A stretch of 64,000 bases of DNA. It comes from Steroidobacteraceae bacterium. GTDB taxonomy: Bacteria > Pseudomonadota > Gammaproteobacteria > Steroidobacterales > Steroidobacteraceae. The stretch spans positions 53,445 through 117,444 of the forward strand of contig DATJTW010000023.1 in the NCBI GenBank assembly GCA_035502995.1. Direction: 5' to 3'. Positions within the stretch are counted from its first letter, which is position 1. Every line of letters begins with the position of its first letter. Below are positions 45,772 through 54,151 of the stretch, piece after piece. Below the pieces are notes generated by a model. The model saw only the letters and a list, made by a program, of their open reading frames with translations. It did no database searches and was not told the DNA's origin. The position numbers and the translations under genes are program-made.

Positions 45772-46878
45772 ATGAAATCGCGCCACAGGCTCGCCGCCGC
45801 TTTCGTGACGTTTTTCCCCCTGGCGGGACTCGCCGCGGTACCGCCGACGTTCGATGCCGCGGTCCAGGATCTGGCGCGCGGCTGGCTGGCCGACAACGGC
45901 GGCGTGGGCCTGTCCATTGGCGTCTACGAAGACGGTCAGCGCCGCTATTACAACGTCGGCACGTCGCGGGTGGACGGCGACAAGGTGCCGACGAAGGACA
46001 CCGTCTACGAGATCGGCTCCATCGCCAAGACCTTCGCCGCGCAGTTGCTGGCGCGCGCGGTGGTCGAGGGCCGCGCGTCGCTCGATGACGAGGTCACGAA
46101 GTATCTCGCGCAGCCGTACCCGAACTTCACGCGCGACGGCGAGCCCATCCGGCTGCTGCACCTCGTGAACATGACGTCGCAGCTCGTGGACAACATCCCC
46201 GACATGACGCAGGTGCGCACCGTGCCCGGCACGCCGCTGCCGGTGACCAAGATGGAAGTGTTCACGAAGTATTCGCGCGAGGAGATGCTGCGCCAGCTGC
46301 ACCGGGTCGCGCCGCGCGCCGCGCCGGGCGGCGACCCGGGGCAGTCGAACGTCGCCGCGATGCTGCTTATGGTCGTGCTCGAGAAGATCTACGACGAGCC
46401 GTTCGACACGCTGCTGGCGCGCGAGATCGAGAAGCCGTTGCGCATGGCCAGCGGCACGGCGCCGCCGGCCAAACTACTGGCGCGCGGCTACACGCGCGCC
46501 AACGAGGAGCTGCCGCCGTTCGAGGCGCCGATGGCCTGGGTCACGGGCTCGTTGCGCTACAGCGCCAGGGACCTGCTGGAATACGCCGCGTGGCAGGTGG
46601 CGGAGCGGGATGCATCGGTGAAGATCGCGCACCGGCCGACGTGGGCCACGCCGGACCAGAAGCAGGGGATCGCGTTCTACTGGCTGACCGGCGATTCGCC
46701 GCACGGGCGCCGCCTGTTCTATTCGGGGGTGACGTTCGGGTTCGCGGGCATGTGCGACCTGTACCCGGACGCACGCGTCGCGATCGTCCTGCTGGCCAAC
46801 AAAGACGCACAACGCGCGCAGGAGACCCTGCGCGCGTTGTCCGCGAAGATAGCGGCGCTCGCGCGCCCGCCGGATTAA
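45772..46878 (+). CDS. serine hydrolase of the beta-lactamase (class C/PBP4-like) fold
   Basis: 368-aa ORF with a signal peptide. SxxK active-site motif in YEIGSIAKTFAA. Confidence 0.8.
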   Translation: MKSRHRLAAAFVTFFPLAGLAAVPPTFDAAVQDLARGWLADNGGVGLSIGVYEDGQRRYYNVGTSRVDGDKVPTKDTVYEIGSIAKTFAAQLLARAVVEGRASLDDEVTKYLAQPYPNFTRDGEPIRLLHLVNMTSQLVDNIPDMTQVRTVPGTPLPVTKMEVFTKYSREEMLRQLHRVAPRAAPGGDPGQSNVAAMLLMVVLEKIYDEPFDTLLAREIEKPLRMASGTAPPAKLLARGYTRANEELPPFEAPMAWVTGSLRYSARDLLEYAAWQVAERDASVKIAHRPTWATPDQKQGIAFYWLTGDSPHGRRLFYSGVTFGFAGMCDLYPDARVAIVLLANKDAQRAQETLRALSAKIAALARPPD

Positions 46879-47339
46879 CTCGCCGTCTTGGCGATCAGCG
46901 TTTCCGCGGCGCGATCGCTGAGCGTCGCCTGCGGACGCGGCTGAGCGGCCGGCGTGCCCTTGTGGCTCATGTCGACGCGGCCGCTGAAGTTCGCACCGTC
47001 GGCGATGCCGACGCGCGGCGCGAACACGTTGCCGGTGACCTTGGCCGAAGCGCGGATCGCGACCGACTCCGTCGCGTAGATGTCGCCATCCACGCGGCCT
47101 TCGACGATCACGAACTTCGCCTTGATGTTGCCGGTGACGCCGCCGTCCTTGCCGATCGACAGGCTGCGCGTGTGCTCGATCGAACCTTCGAGCTGGCCCT
47201 GGAATTCCAGGTCCTCTTCGCCGTACAACTCGCCCTTGAAATGCAGCGTCGGGCCGAGCACGCAGGCGCCGGCCTGGGGCTGCGGCGCGGCCGGCGGGGC
47301 CGGGGGCGCAAGCTTGGTGTCACTGAAACCCTTGCTCAT
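46875..47339 (-). CDS. bactofilin-family polymer-forming protein
   Basis: Track ORF 46875..47444 trimmed to ATG 47339 (GGAGAA upstream). Pro-rich N-terminus, then a beta-helix repeat region (LHFKGELYGEEDLEFQGQLEGSIE...GNIKAKFVIVEGRVDGDIYA...VTGNVFAPRVGIADGANFSGRVDM). Confidence 0.8.
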   Translation of the reverse strand: MSKGFSDTKLAPPAPPAAPQPQAGACVLGPTLHFKGELYGEEDLEFQGQLEGSIEHTRSLSIGKDGGVTGNIKAKFVIVEGRVDGDIYATESVAIRASAKVTGNVFAPRVGIADGANFSGRVDMSHKGTPAAQPRPQATLSDRAAETLIAKTAS

Positions 47340-47352
47340 GGCTTTCTCCGGT

Positions 47353-47721
47353 TCAGCGGGGCGCGCCGGCGGTGTTGGGGCCTGAGACGCTTTGCTCCAT
47401 GGAAACGCTGCCATTGAAATTTGCTCCCTCGGTGATGCTGACACTCGGCGCGCGGATGTTGCCGCGCACGACTGCGGATTGACTGACCTTCACGCTCTTC
47501 TTGGCGTGCATGTCGCCCTGGACTTTTCCGTCGACGTCGATGGACGCGGCGGACACGGTGGCGACGACCTCACCCTTGGCGCCGACGACGACGCGCTGCT
47601 GGTGATGGATGGTGCCTTCGATGCGACCTTCGACCTTCAGGTCCTCCTGGGCTTTCAGTTCGCCCTTGAACCGGAGCGTCGGACCGAAGACCGACATCTT
47701 CTCTGCTGCAGCGCTGCTCAT
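47353..47721 (-). CDS. bactofilin-family polymer-forming protein
   Basis: 122-aa ORF with the same repeat architecture (LRFKGELKAQEDLKVEGRIEGTIH...VDGKVQGDMHA...VRGNIRAPSVSITEGANFNGSVSM). Confidence 0.85.
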   Translation of the reverse strand: MSSAAAEKMSVFGPTLRFKGELKAQEDLKVEGRIEGTIHHQQRVVVGAKGEVVATVSAASIDVDGKVQGDMHAKKSVKVSQSAVVRGNIRAPSVSITEGANFNGSVSMEQSVSGPNTAGAPR

Positions 47722-47890
47722 TCGACTGGCCTCCCAAGCTGTAAACGGACGCGAGAGCGACGCGTAGATTGCGCCGCGTTATGGGAAGAAAACCGTGTCT
47801 TGGTTCGCAGCCGTAATAGTTTGGAGGCGACAGAGTGGGCAATATGTAGAACGCGCGAAACACGTCACGCGCCCAAGAAAAGGAATTCCG

Positions 47891-50800
47891 ATGCGAACGA
47901 TCAGGATGGGACTGTGCTTGGCGCTGTGGGCGCTCGCGGTGCAGGTCGGGCGAGCGGCAGACGCACCGCCGCCGCCGATGGCGATGGGCGGTCCGCCGGT
48001 TCCGCCGGGCTGCCAGTTCACGGGATTCCCGAAAGCCGGCGCGAAGTCGCCGGCAGACCTCTCCGGCCCGCTACCGGTTGCGGACTATCTCGACGCGCTG
48101 TTCGACTGCACCGATTTGCGCTTCAACGGGGCCGAGCTCTACAAGCCGGCCAACGCTTGGCTGGAAAACGACACGAAGCAGTACTCGGCGCTGCTCGCGC
48201 GCGGCAAGTTCTCCTGGCTGATCGTGCCGGCGCAGACGCAGTACTACGGATTCGACGGCATCGAGCGCTCCCTGCTGAGCGCGGAGATCGCGGACGCGTT
48301 CGTGGCACACGGCGCGGCACCCGATCCGATGCTCGCGGCACGCGCGCTGGGCGAGATCCGCCGCCGCTACGAGCCCGTGGCGGCACCGCTCCTGGCGCAG
48401 TCGATCGGCGCCACGCGAATGCTCGAGACCTATGTGGGTCACGACGGAAAACGCGCGATGACCCTGACGCTGCGTTTGATGGATTGCAGCGTCGGCGGGA
48501 CGTGCCGTCTGCTCAAGCAGCACGACTGGCGCGCGCTGCCGTTCACCGACGAGAAGCCGCCGTTCCTCGTGGTGCGCGGGATGCGCGACGCGCTGGTCGG
48601 CGAGATGCTGGGCATGAAGGCGAACGCCGCGCGGCCAGTGGCGCCGCGGCCGAAACGCGCGGGCACGGACCTCTCGGCCCTCGGCACCGCGCCCACCGAC
48701 GCCGAGCCCGCGCTGGTCTCGGGGGTGCTCGCGGCGCTCATGCCCGGTGACGACGAGACCGGTCGCGATCGTCTCTCGGTGCTCGCACTGCGCGATGCAC
48801 TGAACGCGACGCCGTCGAACGCGAACCGGGTCCGCGCTGCGGCCGCGGCCTTCCGGCTGAACCGCCGACCGTACGCGCTGGCGTTGTTGCAGGGGCTGAA
48901 CGATCCCGCGGCGGTGACGCTCCGCGAACTCCTGAACGGCAACCTGCCCGAGGCGCAGACCGGTCTCGCGTCCGTCGAGCCGGCCGATCTGAAACTGATC
49001 CTGGCATTCGCCGTGCAGGATCTGCGCAGCCGCTACGATCGCCCCGCCGACTTCGACCCGGCCGCAGCGGCGCGGTTGTTCGGCGCGAACGACAGTCCGT
49101 GGTCCGGCGTCGTGTTCCGGCGCGCGGGCGACCTCGACAACTGGAGCCGCGCGGATGCCGTGACGCCCAAGCGGCTGCTCGATGCCGCCTTCCCCGTCGC
49201 GGGGCAGGATCTCGCCTCGGTGCTGAAGGGCATGCGCGTCGTCGGACGCAACGCGGATCCCGACATCGCGCTCACCCTCGCGAGCCTGCGTCATCTGCGC
49301 CAGGCGCAAGGCCGGTTGTCTCCGGCGGATTGCTGCTCGGCGAACCGCGCGAACTCCGCCTGGCCCATCTACTGGCTCGCGGAATCGCTGCTGCAGTCGA
49401 ACGCGATCAAGGCGACCGCCTTCCAGCTGCTCACGCAGGGCGAACCCGAGGAGGCGAAACGGTTGCTGGGGATCTACCAGGAGTTCTACGCCGGCCAGCC
49501 GTATTTCGAAGTACTGCGTTTCCGCATCGACGCCGAGCTCGCGTCGCGGGCGTCGAACGAGATGGCGTCGCGCCTCATGGCGGAAGCCGAAGCCGCCGAG
49601 AAATCCGCGGCGTACTGGTCGCAGGGCCAAACGTACTCGGGCCAGTTGTCGGCGCTGCGCGGCACCGCGACGATGATCCCGCGCATGGCGTATACGCAGG
49701 ACTTCCCGCCGCGGGCCGCCTGGCCGCCGCTGGATGCGACACCGGGACCGTCCTCGTGGGCGTGTGACGTGCTGCGCTACGCCACGGTCGACGTGATGGC
49801 AGCGTCGTTCTGCCTGATGGCGGCGCCACCGGGTCGCGCCGATGCGCTGCGCGCGGACGTGGCCGCGCGGTTCCACGGCAATGCGCAGGCCGCGGCGATG
49901 TTGCGGCCCTACCTGCCGCGCGCCGCGAACGCGGATCCCGTCGCCGAGTTCCGCACCGCGATCGCGGGCGACCCGGAATCGTGGGACAACTATCGCGACC
50001 TCGGCCTGCTGCTGCTGAAGCGCGATGCCAACTACCCGGAAGCGCAGAAGGTCTATCTCTCCTACCCGGAGTTCAAGCGCACCCGGCATGCGTACCCGGT
50101 GCGCGTGTCGAACGATGCGTACGACGTCGGCTCCGAGCTCTTCTGGCGCGGCCAGTACGAGCTCGCGCGCCCGCTCTACGAACTCGCGGCGAACCTCGAC
50201 ACGGGTTCCAACGCGTCGATGTCGAGCGCGATCCGGCTGGCGCTGATCGACGGCGACTACGCGACCGCCATGGCCGGCTCGCGCGAGCGCGGCCAGCGCT
50301 ACCCGAACCCGTACGCCTTTCGCGACTATCTGTCGCTGCTGCACGTCCTCGGGCGCGGCGACGAGGCGCGCGCCGGTTTCGCGCAGATCTCCGGCGCCTT
50401 CGACGATCCGTCGGCGTGGGTCGCCGAGCTCGTCGGGCAGCGCATGCAGGCGCAGACCGCGGACCAGTTCAAGGCCTGGATCCTCTCGGACCCGATCCGC
50501 CAGGCGCGCTACCGCGGTCGCCACTACGCGCCTATCTACGCACTGTGGTGGATGACAACCGATCGCAAACCCGGCGCGGACTTCGCGGCGCTGATGCGCA
50601 AGATCGAGGCCGATGAAAGGCGCACCGTCGAATACGACGGCATCTCGATGGGCCGGCCGCATCCGAAGATGGAAGGCGGCCTGGAGATCGTGCGGCCGTC
50701 GCAGTTCCGCGGCCCCAAGGCGCCGAAGCTGCCGCCGGAATCGAACGGACCGTCGGAGTACGTGCTGCTCGCGGATGCGCTGGCAGCGCACTACGCCGGC

Positions 50801-51412
50801 GACTACGCCGCGGCGGTGACGAAGTTCGGGGCGCTGGCCGATCGTTATCCGATCGAGGAAGGCGACACCATGGTGGCGCTGGGATATTTCGCCTACGACG
50901 CGGCGAAGACCGGCGACAAGGTGGGGCTCGAGGAATTCATCGGCCTCATCCCGAACGACTCGCAGTACTTCGACGTGTGGCTGGCGCGCGCGCACTTCGC
51001 GGCCGTGCGCCACGACGCGGACAAGTCGTACCAGGCGCTGCTGCGCGCGTTCAACGTGCGGCCGTACACGGAGTCGCGCCCCGTGATGACGGAGTACCAG
51101 TTCGCCGAGGCCTGCGAGACCGTGCTGAAAGAGACCGGCGATGCGCGGGTCGCGGCGATGCTGCTCGACTGGGCGAAGCGCTGGCAGCGCATCCATCCCA
51201 CGTCGTCGTGGGCATATGCGGTCGAGGCAAACTACTCGAAGAACCCGGCGGATGTGACGCGCGCGCTGGCGCTGGCGCTGTATCTCGATCCGTCGTCGCC
51301 GCGGCTCGCGCGGTTCGACGCCGCAAAACAGGCGGCCGCGCGCGCGTGGTTGAAGGCCAATAACCCGTTCCTCGGTCGCCGCCCGCGCTCCGCTCCACCG
51401 TCGGGTGTCTGA
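47891..51412 (+). CDS. large (1173 aa) secreted, predominantly helical repeat (TPR-like) protein of unknown function
   Basis: Track ORF 47795..51412 trimmed to ATG 47891 (AAGGA upstream). Signal peptide MRTIRMGLCLALWALAVQVGRA. TPR-like stretches (e.g. DPESWDNYRDLGLLLLKRDANYPEAQKVYL). No catalytic motif seen. Confidence 0.7.
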   Translation: MRTIRMGLCLALWALAVQVGRAADAPPPPMAMGGPPVPPGCQFTGFPKAGAKSPADLSGPLPVADYLDALFDCTDLRFNGAELYKPANAWLENDTKQYSALLARGKFSWLIVPAQTQYYGFDGIERSLLSAEIADAFVAHGAAPDPMLAARALGEIRRRYEPVAAPLLAQSIGATRMLETYVGHDGKRAMTLTLRLMDCSVGGTCRLLKQHDWRALPFTDEKPPFLVVRGMRDALVGEMLGMKANAARPVAPRPKRAGTDLSALGTAPTDAEPALVSGVLAALMPGDDETGRDRLSVLALRDALNATPSNANRVRAAAAAFRLNRRPYALALLQGLNDPAAVTLRELLNGNLPEAQTGLASVEPADLKLILAFAVQDLRSRYDRPADFDPAAAARLFGANDSPWSGVVFRRAGDLDNWSRADAVTPKRLLDAAFPVAGQDLASVLKGMRVVGRNADPDIALTLASLRHLRQAQGRLSPADCCSANRANSAWPIYWLAESLLQSNAIKATAFQLLTQGEPEEAKRLLGIYQEFYAGQPYFEVLRFRIDAELASRASNEMASRLMAEAEAAEKSAAYWSQGQTYSGQLSALRGTATMIPRMAYTQDFPPRAAWPPLDATPGPSSWACDVLRYATVDVMAASFCLMAAPPGRADALRADVAARFHGNAQAAAMLRPYLPRAANADPVAEFRTAIAGDPESWDNYRDLGLLLLKRDANYPEAQKVYLSYPEFKRTRHAYPVRVSNDAYDVGSELFWRGQYELARPLYELAANLDTGSNASMSSAIRLALIDGDYATAMAGSRERGQRYPNPYAFRDYLSLLHVLGRGDEARAGFAQISGAFDDPSAWVAELVGQRMQAQTADQFKAWILSDPIRQARYRGRHYAPIYALWWMTTDRKPGADFAALMRKIEADERRTVEYDGISMGRPHPKMEGGLEIVRPSQFRGPKAPKLPPESNGPSEYVLLADALAAHYAGDYAAAVTKFGALADRYPIEEGDTMVALGYFAYDAAKTGDKVGLEEFIGLIPNDSQYFDVWLARAHFAAVRHDADKSYQALLRAFNVRPYTESRPVMTEYQFAEACETVLKETGDARVAAMLLDWAKRWQRIHPTSSWAYAVEANYSKNPADVTRALALALYLDPSSPRLARFDAAKQAAARAWLKANNPFLGRRPRSAPPSGV

Positions 51413-51525
51413 CCGATTGGTGCCGGTTGGATTGGAGCCCGGTGTGACCCGGGGAACTCAGGCCTGAATCACCGCGGCCCCGGCACCCGGGGCCGTGGCC
51501 AGATCCGCTGAGTCCCAGCCGGCAT

Positions 51526-52134
51526 TCACCGGGCCGCCAACGACCGAGCCATCAGCGCCAGGGGCCGGCCATCCGGATCCTCGAAGAACGCCATCCATTC
51601 CTCCGTGCCGTCGGCATGGCGATGGATCAGGTGCGGCGCGTGCGTGAAGTTCACGCCGCGCGACTGCAGCGTCGCGTGCGCGGCGACGATGTCGGGCACG
51701 CGCAGGTAGAGGATCGATTCCTTCGCCGCGCCGCCTTCCTGGCTCAGCATCAGGCGCGTGCCGCCGAGATCGAAGAACGCCAGCGTGCCGAAGGTGTAGA
51801 GGTGCGGCAGGCCGAGCACGTCGCGATACCAGCGTTCGGACGCGGCCGTGTCGCCGACGGAGCGGGCGATCTGGCCGATCGGCCCGAGTTGCAGTGTCAC
51901 ATCCATCGGCCGTTCTCCCGTTCGTACCCAGCGGCGCAACGCGCGCCGATCCGCCAACCCGAGTTTCGCCAGTGCGTTCGAGACGTGGAATTTCACGGCG
52001 TCCACGCTGATCCCGCGCCGCCGGGCGATGTCGCCATTCGTCATGCCGTGCTGGACGGCGTACACCGTGCGCCATTCGGCCGGCGTCAGCAGATCCGCGT
52101 GTCGCGGCCGGCCGCGCGGGCGCTTCGTCTTCAT
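51526..52134 (-). CDS. LuxR-type HTH fused to a VOC/glyoxalase-fold domain
   Basis: Last 202 aa of track ORF 51526..52650, starting at ATG 52134. LuxR HTH (LTPAEWRTVYAVQHGMTNGDIARRRGISVDAVKFHVSNALAKLG), then a VOC-like domain (IGQIARSVGD...FFDLGGTRLML...FFEDPDGRPLALM). Confidence 0.75.
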   Translation of the reverse strand: MKTKRPRGRPRHADLLTPAEWRTVYAVQHGMTNGDIARRRGISVDAVKFHVSNALAKLGLADRRALRRWVRTGERPMDVTLQLGPIGQIARSVGDTAASERWYRDVLGLPHLYTFGTLAFFDLGGTRLMLSQEGGAAKESILYLRVPDIVAAHATLQSRGVNFTHAPHLIHRHADGTEEWMAFFEDPDGRPLALMARSLAAR

Positions 52135-52185
52135 GACGCGATCGTACGGAGACGCCCCCCGATTTTCCCTACCCGTGGGATCCAT

Positions 52186-52223
52186 GGGGATTGGCCCCAA
52201 ACGGCCGTTTGGGGCCAATCCCC
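52186..52223. repeat. perfect 38-bp palindrome in a divergent intergenic region (family 2)
   Basis: GGGGATTGGCCCCAAACGG|CCGTTTGGGGCCAATCCCC; the first 19 nt are the exact reverse complement of the last 19. It lies between the LuxR-VOC start (52134, minus strand) and the DUF1800 start (about 52286, plus strand). Confidence 0.9.
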
Positions 52224-52285
52224 AATCGGCGACAGTTTGCGGCGACGCGCTGCGGCGGGTTACGGTGCCGCCGTCAGGGGGTTCC

Positions 52286-54151
52286 GTGAAACAAACCGAA
52301 GACGGCGTCGAGGGCACGCCGGCTGAAATCGTGACCAACGGCGTCGATGCCCGGCAGGGCGACGTTCGCGGCGCCGACACGGGCAGCATCGACATTCGCG
52401 GCGCGAACGTGGCCGCCGCGTTGGCTGCGTTGCTGGCCGCGTCCTGCGGCGGAGGCGGCGGCGCCGAATCATCGCCACCGCCGAGCTCCAGCAATCCGCC
52501 GCCGCCCGCCGTCACGCCGCCGCCGTCCCCGCCCGCATCTCCGCCGCCGCCCCCGCCGCCCGCCGGCCCCGCGCCCACCGACGTCGAAGCCGCGCGCTTC
52601 CTGCAGCAGGCGCAGTTCGCCGTCACCGATCCGGATCTCGCCGCGGTCAAGCAGCTCGGCTACGCCGGTTATCTCGACTCCCGCTTCGGCCAGTCGCTCG
52701 GCACCACCGGCGTCAAATGGCTCACCGACCAGGGCCACAACTCGATCACCGCCGAAGCGCGCTACTTCTGGCCGCAGTTCGGCGACTTCATGATCTGGAA
52801 CCAGCTGCTCGCCGGCCCGGACCAGATGCGCAAGCGCGCCGCGCTCGCGCTCTCCGAATACTTCGTCGTGTCGCTGAGCCCGATCGACGGCTTCTATCCG
52901 CCGTACGTCATCGCCGCCTACTGGGACCTGCTCTGCGCCAACGCCTTCGGCAATTTCCGCACGCTGCTCGAGAAGATCACGCTGAACGCCGGCATGGGTT
53001 TCTTCCTGAACACGCGCGGCAATCTCAAGGAGGACGCGAACGGCCGACAGCCCGACGAGAACTACGCGCGCGAGGTCATGCAGCTGTTCACGATCGGCCT
53101 CTACGAGCTGAACGCCGACGGCACGCACAAGCTCGACGGCAACGGCAACCCCATCGAGACCTACGGCCAGAGCGACATCACGAACCTCGCGCGCGTGTTC
53201 ACCGGCTACGACTGGGACTACCTCGCCAACGGCGGCTCGTTCACCGACGTGGCCTGGGTCGACTACAACATCCCCAGCACGCACTTCGCGTCGAACCCGA
53301 TGTGGTTCAACTCAGCCGCGCATTCGAACCTCGAGGTGAACTTCCTCGGCAAGAACATCCCCGCGAACACGGAAGGCCGCGCGGCGCTGGGCATCGCGCT
53401 CGATCACCTGTTCAACCACGCGAACGTCGGCCCGTTCTTCGCGCGGCAGATGATCCAGCGCCTCGTGACCAGCAATCCCTCGCCGGAGTACGTTGGCCGC
53501 GTCGCCGCGAAATTCGCCGACAACGGCGCCGGCGTGCGCGGCGATCTGAAAGCCGTGTGGACCGCGATCCTGCTGGACAGCGAGGCGCGCACCGCGCCGT
53601 CCGCGTCGAACACGCTGGCCGGCAAGCTGCGCGAGCCGGTCGTTCGCTGGGTGCAGCTGCTGCGCACCGTCGGCATCACGTCGACCAACGGCAAGTACGA
53701 GATCTACGAAACGTCGCCCGCGGACCAGGCACTGGGCCAGTCGCCGCTGCGCTCGCCGTCGGTGTTCAATTTCTTCCGGCCCGGCTACGTGCCGCCGAAC
53801 ACCGAGATCGCGACCGCGAGCAAGCAGGCGCCGGAATTCCAGCTGCTGAACGAAACGACCACCGCCGGCTACATCAACTGGATGCAGTGGACCTCGCGCT
53901 ACGCGTACAACGACGTCGGACCCAACTACTCGGCGCTGCTGCCGATCGCGCACGACACGAACGCCGTGCTCGACTGGCTGAACCTGCGGCTGACGGCCAA
54001 CCAGCTGTCGGCCGCGTCGCTGACCGTGGTGCGGAACCTGATGAACGCGTTCGGCATCACCGCCGCGAGCACGCAGGATCAGAAGCTGGACATGCTGGCC
54101 ACCGCGGCATTCCTCATCGTCGTGTGCCCCGAATATCTGGTGCAGAAATGA
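52286..54151 (+). CDS. DUF1800-family protein, probable lipoprotein with Pro-rich linker
   Basis: Track ORF 51848..54151. Its 5' part is antisense to the LuxR-VOC gene, so the start was moved to GTG 52286 (CAGGGGG upstream); alternatives are ATG 52184 and GTG 52409. Lipobox-like LLAASCGG, a PPPP-rich linker and the DUF1800 pattern LFNHANVGPFFARQMIQRLVTSNPS. Confidence 0.75.
   Translation: MKQTEDGVEGTPAEIVTNGVDARQGDVRGADTGSIDIRGANVAAALAALLAASCGGGGGAESSPPPSSSNPPPPAVTPPPSPPASPPPPPPPAGPAPTDVEAARFLQQAQFAVTDPDLAAVKQLGYAGYLDSRFGQSLGTTGVKWLTDQGHNSITAEARYFWPQFGDFMIWNQLLAGPDQMRKRAALALSEYFVVSLSPIDGFYPPYVIAAYWDLLCANAFGNFRTLLEKITLNAGMGFFLNTRGNLKEDANGRQPDENYAREVMQLFTIGLYELNADGTHKLDGNGNPIETYGQSDITNLARVFTGYDWDYLANGGSFTDVAWVDYNIPSTHFASNPMWFNSAAHSNLEVNFLGKNIPANTEGRAALGIALDHLFNHANVGPFFARQMIQRLVTSNPSPEYVGRVAAKFADNGAGVRGDLKAVWTAILLDSEARTAPSASNTLAGKLREPVVRWVQLLRTVGITSTNGKYEIYETSPADQALGQSPLRSPSVFNFFRPGYVPPNTEIATASKQAPEFQLLNETTTAGYINWMQWTSRYAYNDVGPNYSALLPIAHDTNAVLDWLNLRLTANQLSAASLTVVRNLMNAFGITAASTQDQKLDMLATAAFLIVVCPEYLVQK

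Noticed and set aside
44215-46302. 695-aa minus-strand ORF
   Set aside because: It overlaps the DUF418 gene (same strand, different frame) and the beta-lactamase-fold gene (antisense), and has shadow composition.
48071-51196. 1041-aa minus-strand ORF
   Set aside because: It is antisense to the 1173-aa secreted protein gene. Its composition is Arg/His/Val-rich shadow and it has no signal or motif.
51848-52285. 5' extension of the DUF1800 ORF (and the 5' extension 54174..55670 of the thioredoxin-like ORF)
   Set aside because: These extensions run antisense through the LuxR-VOC gene or overlap the DUF1501 gene in another frame. Downstream starts give proper signal or lipobox N-termini.
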